From a virus (taxonomy: Duplodnaviria > Heunggongvirae > Uroviricota > Caudoviricetes): a DNA stretch of 64,000 nucleotides. The notes beneath the pieces are model-generated. The model searched no databases, had not been told where the DNA came from, and worked only from the letters and a program-made list of their open reading frames with translations. The DNA lies in the IMG/VR virus record IMGVR_UViG_3300005663_003096. One strand, 5' to 3'. Shown here piece after piece: positions 56,943-64,000 of the stretch. Made by a program: the position numbers and the translations under genes. Each line of letters opens with the position of its first letter. Positions within the stretch are counted from its first letter, which is position 1.

Positions 56943-57701
56943 ATGTTTAGCACATATAGTTTTTCAATGGAGGTCGATGTGAAGCACGCGATCAAAGGAA
57001 TGCAGACCCTTGCTGAGCATAAGAAAGCCTTTTTATCCCTTTTCAGCGAGACCGCCCGGTACCACCACCGTTTTAAGGTCTTCTGCGATTTCGTAACCGT
57101 CAGTGCAATCGCCTTGCGAAATACTCAGTATCGCTCAGACCCACTCGAGGCAGAATACCACCTGATTATGAAGGCCTATGAGCCGGATGATCGGATCCGC
57201 CTCTGCGAGTTGTATGCAATCACCGTGATGGCCCTCGAGTTGGGCCCGGAGGACTTCCTCGGGGACATCTTCATGGATCTCGAGTTGGGCGATGCGCGCC
57301 GTGGGCAGTTTTACACCCCCAAGAACGTCTCCAAGATGATGGCCGAAATGTCTTTTGCGAATTTGGATGAACGCCTCAAAGAGAAGCCTTTCATCACCAT
57401 CTCCGAACCGGCTTGTGGCGCGGGCGGTATGATCCTGCCGATCGTAGATATCCTGATGCGGTCTGGGCACCGCCCTGAGCAGACGATCTGGGTTCAGGCC
57501 GTGGACGTCGACCGGACGGCGGCGCTGATGTGCTATATCCAGTTTTCCCTCTGGGCCATCCCGGCCGAGGTCATTGTCGGCAATTGCCTGACCCTTGAGA
57601 TCCGTGAGGTTTGGCACACCCCGATGCACCACATGATGGGGTGGCGGGCGCGCCTGAAGGAGGCCCCCCTGCCCGAGGGATTTCTTGAAGCGGCCGAGTA
57701 G
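56943..57701 (+). CDS. N6-adenine DNA methyltransferase (HsdM-like) N-terminal/SAM-binding domain only
   Basis: GQFYTPKNVSKMMAEM … ISEPACGAGGMILPI matches the N6_Mtase motifs (FYTP and motif I). The ORF ends before any NPPY/F catalytic motif. Confidence 0.45.
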   Translation: MFSTYSFSMEVDVKHAIKGMQTLAEHKKAFLSLFSETARYHHRFKVFCDFVTVSAIALRNTQYRSDPLEAEYHLIMKAYEPDDRIRLCELYAITVMALELGPEDFLGDIFMDLELGDARRGQFYTPKNVSKMMAEMSFANLDERLKEKPFITISEPACGAGGMILPIVDILMRSGHRPEQTIWVQAVDVDRTAALMCYIQFSLWAIPAEVIVGNCLTLEIREVWHTPMHHMMGWRARLKEAPLPEGFLEAAE

Positions 57702-57759
57702 CTGCTCATCGTCATTTACGACACCCTGCCTTATCCTGAAGGCAAAGAAGGAGCTCTCA

Positions 57760-58533
57760 ATGAACAAAGACCGCCTAAAAGAACACCTCCATGCGATCGT
57801 AAAGGCAGCCGCCAAAGCCAACAACGCCTATCGCAATGCCCATCCCAATGCGCCCTTGTCGCGCAAGGCGCGGCTTCACGAGGTGGATGGGGCGGCCTGC
57901 TGGTCTGGCTTCATGGAATTCCCCGAGTCCTCCGATCTGCCCAAAGGCTATGCCGAGTTTGGCGGGGGTGCAGTCGCCGCTTTTCAGAGCTTCATCGAGA
58001 AGCTGCCCCAGTCGGCACGGCCTGTAAAAATCGAACTCGATCTCGATCACTATGATGGTGATCATGGGGCAAAGACGAAGATGGATATGAGCTTGAATCT
58101 TGCCGGCATGCAGATCGATCGATCCGGTTATGGTTTCTCTGATTATCAGGACTATGGCGCTCATCATTTCGAGACATGGCTCGACCTCCATCGCATGTTC
58201 GATGAAAAACGCGACGGGTCTGAACCTGAGGCGGATTGGCTCGTCGTGAGAGGTGGCCGCGGAGAGGCGCTGGGCCACCAGGCGGGTCGCTTTGAAGTGA
58301 CACGTCTGAAAGCCTGCGGTGAGCAGGAGGCGGCTTTGAAGGCTCTCGCTATCTCTCGTGGCCCCCGGTACATCCTTGAGAACGTGCAGAGCGGCAATTA
58401 CGGAGCCCTGTCGGCCGAGGTCCGTGGCGAGATCATCTCGCGCATTCCCGAGCGGTCTACCGCGGAGATCTTGGATCCGGAATACGGGCAGCACCGCGCT
58501 GTGGAGGATGAGATGGAGATGCAGGGGCCCTGA
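57760..58533 (+). CDS. hypothetical protein
   Basis: Start at MNKDRLKEHLHAIVKAA. Confidence 0.4.
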   Translation: MNKDRLKEHLHAIVKAAAKANNAYRNAHPNAPLSRKARLHEVDGAACWSGFMEFPESSDLPKGYAEFGGGAVAAFQSFIEKLPQSARPVKIELDLDHYDGDHGAKTKMDMSLNLAGMQIDRSGYGFSDYQDYGAHHFETWLDLHRMFDEKRDGSEPEADWLVVRGGRGEALGHQAGRFEVTRLKACGEQEAALKALAISRGPRYILENVQSGNYGALSAEVRGEIISRIPERSTAEILDPEYGQHRAVEDEMEMQGP

Positions 58534-58549
58534 GGCCCCTGCTCTGATC

Positions 58550-59326
58550 TCAGTCGCGCTGCTCGCGCCGTGAGCCCGGCGGACGGGTCTGTGCCGTGCG
58601 CAACGTTTTCTTCCGAGTCCGGTTGCCCCGCTGGATAACCTTGCCTTTGGCATCTTTGGTGACGACGCTGGTCGGGATCACGTTGCGGTACCCTTCTTCG
58701 GTCACGATGTAATCGAAACTGGCTTCATCCGATTTGAAAATCCACTTCTTGCTGCCGCGGGCAAAGAAGGAATACTGTTTCCCCTCCAGCGTGAAGCGGT
58801 GAATGTGAAGAGCCGTCGTATTGCCGCCTTTGGACGGGGGGCGGTAGGGCTCATAGAGGTATGCCTTGTAGTCCTCAACCGTCACGCCCTCATGGCGGCG
58901 AACATCCTTGCCAGCCCAGCTGGTGACCGGGATTCCATCGACCACGGTCAGGCTGTCTTCATCGGTCCGGGTGATCTCGGCAATCGCATGCTTCCAGACA
59001 TTGAGCTCGGCCACCATGGCCATAACCTCATCACTGCTGTGATGGGCGCCCTCTGGCAGCCTCTCGCGGATCTGCGCGCGCTCCTCGGGCGTCGTCCAGG
59101 CCAGTGCCACGGCCGCCGGCACATGGGCCCTGTAAAGCCCGTCATCACCGGGAATGATCATATGGGGGAACTTGTCGTAGTCCTCGACGTATTCGCCTGC
59201 CATCCGCATTTTGCCACCACGCGCTACCTCAATGCCGATGTCCTGAGGGTCACGATACTCCCGTTCATCTTTCTTCTTTGCGTCTCGGACGCCGTCAAAT
59301 GTCTGCTGTTGAACGTCTTCCTTCAT
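58550..59326 (-). CDS. hypothetical protein
   Basis: ORF of 258 aa. Confidence 0.4.
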   Translation of the reverse strand: MKEDVQQQTFDGVRDAKKKDEREYRDPQDIGIEVARGGKMRMAGEYVEDYDKFPHMIIPGDDGLYRAHVPAAVALAWTTPEERAQIRERLPEGAHHSSDEVMAMVAELNVWKHAIAEITRTDEDSLTVVDGIPVTSWAGKDVRRHEGVTVEDYKAYLYEPYRPPSKGGNTTALHIHRFTLEGKQYSFFARGSKKWIFKSDEASFDYIVTEEGYRNVIPTSVVTKDAKGKVIQRGNRTRKKTLRTAQTRPPGSRREQRD

Positions 59327-59420
59327 GAAATCTCCTTTTTAGAAACGTGAATACCTAAAATGGGTATCTGAACCGATTTTCGCAACAGGCCTCGCAGGGA
59401 ATACTTTCCACACATCAACG

Positions 59421-60008
59421 ATGCAAATTGACACTGCTTCACCGCAGGCTCAATCTCCACGGGAAATGACTGGGAGATTTGGCCAAATGAATGCCCTGAA
59501 GAATATCAGCCTGACAATGGGTTTTGTCTTAGCGGCGGGTTCTGTGCTCGCCCAATCCACGTCCGAGCGCCATGTTTGGCAGGATACCCGGTACTTTGGA
59601 CCTTACAGCCGCACAGCCACCGCCATCACCGGCCCGATAAAGCTATCCGGCAACCCCGAGTTTGCCACAGCGGGCAGCCGAATGTTCCTGCAGTTTGCAA
59701 ATGGCACATCTGTCGAGCTGATATCGGAAGGAGCATTCAGTCGCAGCTGGGACTATGCCAGCGATGGCAAGCAAACAGCAGAAGTGTTCCGCGCCGCGTC
59801 ACCTCCGGCCGAGCTGCTCAATGGGAACAGGATCTGCGGTGGGCCGCCATCGGACCTCCCGATCTACTTTGTCTTCCATGAGAGCAGGTCATACAGCAAT
59901 TCTCTGCTTTTGAACCTCGCGGTCTTTCAGTCAGACTCTGTTCCAGTCGACATCAACAGCGAGGGTCTCTGCGGAACCTTCTCATATGATGTCGAGACCC
60001 CGACCTAA
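59421..60008 (+). CDS. secreted hypothetical protein
   Basis: Internal MNALKNISLTMGFVLAAGSVLAQS is a signal peptide. Confidence 0.4.
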   Translation: MQIDTASPQAQSPREMTGRFGQMNALKNISLTMGFVLAAGSVLAQSTSERHVWQDTRYFGPYSRTATAITGPIKLSGNPEFATAGSRMFLQFANGTSVELISEGAFSRSWDYASDGKQTAEVFRAASPPAELLNGNRICGGPPSDLPIYFVFHESRSYSNSLLLNLAVFQSDSVPVDINSEGLCGTFSYDVETPT

Positions 60009-60020
60009 CGCTATGCGGCA

Positions 60021-60446
60021 TCAAATATCGTATGTTCGATTGTCCGGATCACGCAGCTGATCGCGGTTCTCCATGTACTCTTCGATGTTCTGAAGCGCCT
60101 TTTGGTATGCCATCTGGGACTGATACTCAGACCATAAGAGGTATACGGGGAGAAAAGCGACGACCACGGAGACCACGACCATGGACGCATCGGAGGCATA
60201 TCCTGCGGCACCTTTTGATTTACCTTTGCGCAGCCTTTGGTATGCCACATATCCCGCGACCGCTGTCACGTAGAATGGGTTCAACAGCATGATTGGGAGG
60301 CACACCAGAGTGGCAAGGGGGCCGAGACGCATGCGCTTTCCCGATCCTTCCTCCAGCTTTGCGTAGAGGTCGAACTCAGAAAGCCGCCGGTCGGCCGCCG
60401 CATCTCTGCTCTCTACTCTATCTCTCTCTGCAGACTTACCCCTCAT
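60021..60446 (-). CDS. membrane protein
   Basis: LVCLPIMLLNPFYVTAVAGYVAY and VVVSVVVAFLPVYLLW. Confidence 0.4.
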   Translation of the reverse strand: MRGKSAERDRVESRDAAADRRLSEFDLYAKLEEGSGKRMRLGPLATLVCLPIMLLNPFYVTAVAGYVAYQRLRKGKSKGAAGYASDASMVVVSVVVAFLPVYLLWSEYQSQMAYQKALQNIEEYMENRDQLRDPDNRTYDI

Positions 60447-61165
60447 GCATAGGCCACAAGGGGATCAACTGGTGCGTTGAAGTCCGGGAACTTCTCGTTG
60501 AAGCTCATCACCTCCCCTTCTTCGTCCTCCACTTCAAAAAGGTGCAGGCGCTCCGGAAAGAGGATACCTGAAGGTGCGCAGCCGGCCTCGACATTGTCGG
60601 GCTCAGACCACCAGATCCCGACCACATAGGGCCGCTTGGGCACCACAACCTTGCGGATGTAGAGGGAGATGGCAGCCTGCTCCCATTGGACCATATTTCC
60701 GGGCCAGCGCTCGAGCTGCTTCATGCCGCGTGGGGTGATCTTGAAGGTCGGGTCAGCCCAGGTGCCGCCATGGCCGTTCGAGATTGCCAAGATCTCCTCA
60801 TCGAGGGTCCGGCCGATCGCGCGCGCCGCCTCTTCTTGGGTCGCGAAGATCTTCACCTCGGCTTCATGGTCGCTGGCCACGACAGCAAACCAAGCCGTGG
60901 TCTCGCGCAGGTAGCCTTCCTTGACGGCCCAATTTTTGATGTCCTCGATGTCATCATCGCCGAAGGTCATGGCGTCGACCCACTGCGCGGTCGGGAAGAT
61001 CAGGGTGAATTCAGGCCCGTTGAGACCTTTGATCGATCGCCAGCTCTCCGGCTTGGTGGTGACAGAGATACCACCCCCATCCAGGCTGGGCTTACGGTTC
61101 TCGACCCCATCCAGAAACCCGATATGTGTCACTTCCTTGATATAGGTATTCTCGATATAGGGCAT
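60443..61165 (-). CDS. hypothetical protein
   Basis: ORF of 240 aa, ATGA-coupled to the downstream gene. Confidence 0.4.
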   Translation of the reverse strand: MPYIENTYIKEVTHIGFLDGVENRKPSLDGGGISVTTKPESWRSIKGLNGPEFTLIFPTAQWVDAMTFGDDDIEDIKNWAVKEGYLRETTAWFAVVASDHEAEVKIFATQEEAARAIGRTLDEEILAISNGHGGTWADPTFKITPRGMKQLERWPGNMVQWEQAAISLYIRKVVVPKRPYVVGIWWSEPDNVEAGCAPSGILFPERLHLFEVEDEEGEVMSFNEKFPDFNAPVDPLVAYA

Positions 61166-61213
61166 TCAGGTCGTCTCTTTCTAACTTTGGATTTCGCAAG
61201 TCTTTTGTTCAGG

Positions 61214-61756
61214 TCACCAGATCAGGAATTCGAGACCCAGAAGCAGCACGATGTAGAGGAACATCGGCCAGATGCAGAAAATGGATCGGAACATGTCGAT
61301 GATGTCGTCATTGCCAAGATCAGTACGCACACCGCGTTCCCAGATCATCAGATAGGCTGCCCCGTAGAACATCGCGGCATCGATGATGTCGGGTCGGCGC
61401 AACCGGGTAAGCTGGGCATTCTCGGGCAGGATCTGCTCCCCGCCATATTCGATAAGGGCGGCAAATCCCGCGGCCACTGCCAGCAAGATGATCAGGCTGA
61501 GCGGGTTTGAATCCTTGAACGCATGGCGCACGATCAACAGCGCGCCGAAGAAGCCGGTCACACCAACAAAGCCAGCAGAGATCTGCTCGGGCAGATAGCC
61601 GTCGATCCCGCCGAGAACGGCATAGGCCGCCCCGCCTGCGAAGGTCGCCGCAACCGCAGTCGAGAAAAGCACATTGAGCACGCGGAGCGCCATTGAGGGT
61701 CCGCGGGGTTTCTTTCGGATGGGCTGCTTGCGCATGCCGTCTCTGATCACTGCCAT
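61214..61756 (-). CDS. multi-pass membrane protein
   Basis: Several TM helices (LNVLFSTAVAATFAGGAAYAVLG; FVGVTGFFGALLIV; LIILLAVAAGFAALI; IFCIWPMFLYIVLLLGL). Confidence 0.45.
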   Translation of the reverse strand: MAVIRDGMRKQPIRKKPRGPSMALRVLNVLFSTAVAATFAGGAAYAVLGGIDGYLPEQISAGFVGVTGFFGALLIVRHAFKDSNPLSLIILLAVAAGFAALIEYGGEQILPENAQLTRLRRPDIIDAAMFYGAAYLMIWERGVRTDLGNDDIIDMFRSIFCIWPMFLYIVLLLGLEFLIW

Positions 61757-61789
61757 GGTCTGGCTCCTAGTGGGGTGTCCACGGGTTGT

Positions 61790-62200
61790 ATCTATGAGTG
61801 CGTTTTTCGCATGTCAAAGATTTCGACCTTTTTCGCATTGATCCTAGCACGATCAGTCCTCAGATGCTCTTATTTTGTAACGCTGTGGCCCCTGTTACGG
61901 CACCCTGTTACAAGACAATCCAGCAAAAACAACAACTTAATCAATGTAACGCATTACGCCGCCGAATGTATTGCGTGTGTGCGTGTGTGCGCCTGGGTGT
62001 GCGTGCATGTGTATACTCTTGCAGGGATTCCGTTATATAACTATCTACATCTAAGAAATATATATAAATATCATAGAGATAGAGTGTTACAAAAAGCGTT
62101 ACAAAGCCATTACAGGGGCGTTACAGACCCCTGTTTTTGTAACAAAACGCTTCCAGTGCGCATTTTTCACAAGTCTGACCTATTCTGATCCCAGAGATAT
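61790..62200. repeat. AT-rich non-coding region with iteron-like direct and inverted repeats of GTTACA / CGTTACA, a (TGTGCG)n tract and a CAGGGG…CCCCTG hairpin
   Basis: CCCTGTTAC twice; TGTAACGC three times (inverted); GCGTTACA two to three times; TGCGTGTGTGCGTGTGTGCGCC…TGTGCGTGCATGTGTAT; AAATATATATAAATA. Two TTTTTCGCAT motifs 26 nt apart sit at its left edge. Confidence 0.55.
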
Positions 62201-62211
62201 GGAGATGTGAC

Positions 62212-62706
62212 ATGAGCGATATTGATCTACACACGCAGCGTTTCATTGGATGGGTTCGGAGCAATATCGAGGCCATGGGGCGCGAAGCGGCGGCCGGCGG
62301 TCTGGACCTCTCGACCATCTGGGCGTTTCGGCGCGTGGTGACCGAAGCCTCCGAGAATGTCAGCGCCTATTTGCGCGAGATGGCCCCTGCCCTGCACCTC
62401 GCCTTCGACGATGCCGGTGGCACCGCATCCTATATCGTGACCCCTGGGGTGAACATCCGGATCGGCGATGAAGTTCAGAAGATCACCTGGCTCACCAAAG
62501 ACGATCTGGAGATCCCCGAAATCCGGCGCGGTCTCGGTCGCCCGCTTGCCACGCTCCTCGATTGTTCCTTTGAGATGTCTCGTTTGGTTCAGGACGCCGG
62601 ACAGAAAGGGGTCACCTTCATATGCGAGCTCGAAGACGACGACATCCACATGCTTGCTGCGCCCTATGATGCGAAGCCTCAGGCCGAGGAGCTGATGTCG
62701 CTTTAG
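62212..62706 (+). CDS. hypothetical protein
   Basis: ORF of 164 aa following the repeat region. Confidence 0.4.
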   Translation: MSDIDLHTQRFIGWVRSNIEAMGREAAAGGLDLSTIWAFRRVVTEASENVSAYLREMAPALHLAFDDAGGTASYIVTPGVNIRIGDEVQKITWLTKDDLEIPEIRRGLGRPLATLLDCSFEMSRLVQDAGQKGVTFICELEDDDIHMLAAPYDAKPQAEELMSL

Positions 62707-62875
62707 ATGTGAAAATCTTTTGTGATATTACTGCTATTGTTTTCCCGACACCCCCGGGTTTTGCGTCAAAAGGCAGATCAAAGCCCTTGGATCCACAAGC
62801 CAAAGCTACCTGATCCGTATTTATGCGAAAACAGAAGGTAGCATCAGGAGATATTAACCTGAACTGGACTACCCT

Positions 62876-64000
62876 ATGAAACATGTCAGACCTATCGGGG
62901 AGCTTTTGCGCAAGCGGGCGATCTCTCTCATTGAAGGCGTGCTTTATCTTGTGGTCGCATTGGCGATCATCGTTGGTGGCATCGTCTTCTTTCAACAAGC
63001 CAACTTCAACCGGCAGGTCAACTCCGTCGCTGGCATGATGACCAGCGTGTCATCGTACCTGCTCGCGCAAACGAAGGAGGTGTCCAACACCTCGGCAGAC
63101 AGTGAATTTGTGACAGGCGACGCGACGACCTATGCGATCCGGTCCGGCGCCATTCAGTCTGACATGGTCGATCGCGCTCAGGGCGCGCCGGACACAGAGG
63201 TCATCAGGATGCCATGGGGTGGCATTGTCACCCTTCAGGAAGCAGCTGCGCGCCATAACGGCCGTCGCATGCCGGTAATCGCCATGCGCATGAATGACCT
63301 TCCGACGGGCGCCTGTATGCGTCTGGGCCATAAGAACGCAAATGGCACTTCCATGATTGGTGGTAGGGTCTTTGCGCTTGGTGTCGAGGAAAACAACATC
63401 CACGACGACAACCTGGATTGGGTATCGGGTGATCTGCGCTATATCGCCCGTGCCGGCGAAGACACGGACATGGCTGCTCTGGCTGAGGCCTGCAAAGGCG
63501 GTAAGCGCGACCTGATCGCCTTCTATGATGTATCAGGCGTCCCAGACGATCTTCCAGCAGTCTATGACGTCAGCGACCCTGATGGCGACGGTGAAAGCCC
63601 CAATAACAACCCCGACTCTGATAGCAACACCGGCGGTGACGAAGGTGGATCTGATGGTGGTGGAGACGGTTCTGGTGACGGCAGCGGTGGGGATGGAGAC
63701 AGCTCTGGCGGTGGCACAGGTGGCGATGGGGACGCATTCTGCCCGCCGTCAAACTGGTCTTGGAACGCAGCCCGCAGCGAATACACTGTCCCGGGCATCC
63801 AACTGTTCCATAAGGACAGCCGTCATGGCAATACGGTCGTGTCTCTTAACGATCCTGGGACCACGACAAAATTACGCGTTCCTGCAGTCTCGACATCAGA
63901 TCTGTTCGAGTTTTCGCGTAGCCGCGGCAGTAGGACCTACTGGAATTTCGTGCGCCACATCGAGCGTGGTGATTTGGTGCCTCCCGGCGATAACTGCTGA
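62876..64000 (+). CDS. pilin-like (TadE/pseudopilin-type N-terminal hydrophobic segment) protein with a Gly/Asp-rich low-complexity region; partial, 3' end beyond the window
   Basis: N-terminus RAISLIEGVLYLVVALAIIVGGIVFF resembles a prepilin/TadE-type helix. GGDEGGSDGGGDGSGDGSGGDGDSSGGGTGGDGD repeats. No stop codon before position 64000. Confidence 0.4.
   Translation: MKHVRPIGELLRKRAISLIEGVLYLVVALAIIVGGIVFFQQANFNRQVNSVAGMMTSVSSYLLAQTKEVSNTSADSEFVTGDATTYAIRSGAIQSDMVDRAQGAPDTEVIRMPWGGIVTLQEAAARHNGRRMPVIAMRMNDLPTGACMRLGHKNANGTSMIGGRVFALGVEENNIHDDNLDWVSGDLRYIARAGEDTDMAALAEACKGGKRDLIAFYDVSGVPDDLPAVYDVSDPDGDGESPNNNPDSDSNTGGDEGGSDGGGDGSGDGSGGDGDSSGGGTGGDGDAFCPPSNWSWNAARSEYTVPGIQLFHKDSRHGNTVVSLNDPGTTTKLRVPAVSTSDLFEFSRSRGSRTYWNFVRHIERGDLVPPGDNC

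Noticed and set aside
57775-58653. 292-aa minus-strand ORF
   Set aside because: Antisense to 57760..58533. Arg/Pro/Gly-rich low-complexity translation.
63590-63740. Short-period GGD/GSG repeats
   Set aside because: Not a CRISPR or other non-coding repeat. It is an in-frame Gly/Asp/Ser-rich low-complexity linker inside the pilin-like ORF.
1-64000. Search for integrase, transposase, rRNA or CRISPR repeats
   Set aside because: No tyrosine- or serine-recombinase motifs, DDE transposase signatures, rRNA-like conserved stretches or regularly spaced direct repeats were seen.

Overview
This is a high-GC (~60%) window. Clear Shine-Dalgarno sites, ATGA-overlapped operons and intrinsic terminators show it is bacterial or bacteriophage DNA, most likely alphaproteobacterial. 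About 90 protein-coding genes are tightly packed and most are hypothetical. I found no integrase, transposase, rRNA, CRISPR array or obvious phage structural gene.

The recognisable genes form an unusual set centred on translation and tRNA. There are three aminoacyl-tRNA synthetase paralogs: a catalytic-domain-only GluRS (GluQRS-like, 1522-2376 -), a TrpRS (28756-29892 -), and a ThrRS lacking the N-terminal editing domains (38152-39402 +). The TrpRS and ThrRS are each preceded by a short leader ORF rich in cognate codons (Trp-Trp; seven consecutive Thr) followed by hairpins, which looks like amino-acid-specific attenuation. Also present are two tandem atypical tRNA-Glu-like genes, a further non-canonical tRNA-like element with a UUA (ochre-reading) anticodon, an archaeal/eukaryotic-type peptidyl-tRNA hydrolase (PTH2), a 2H (LigT-like) phosphoesterase and a truncated RlmN/Cfr-like radical SAM protein.

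Interleaved with these are nuclease and conflict-type genes: an HNH-HipA kinase fusion, a CoiA-like nuclease, a GIY-YIG protein, a ParB/DGQHR-domain protein, a PLD-like protein, a truncated HsdM-like methylase domain, and a SLOG/DprA-like Rossmann protein. Other recognisable genes are a Nudix-family NrtR-like regulator with two 21-bp palindromic operators controlling a divergent operon of a J-domain kinase-like protein and a vWA protein, a divergent PurA-like adenylosuccinate-synthetase homolog, a GNAT, an SPFH protein, an EF-hand protein and a partial pilin-like gene.

An 8-9 nt motif, TGCGAAAA / TTTTCGCA, recurs more than 30 times, almost always in intergenic or promoter regions. This suggests one shared transcription program, as in a huge phage or a large mobile island. 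An AT-rich, iteron-like non-coding region lies at 61.8-62.2 kb. All functional calls come from motifs read directly in the translated ORFs; no database search was possible.
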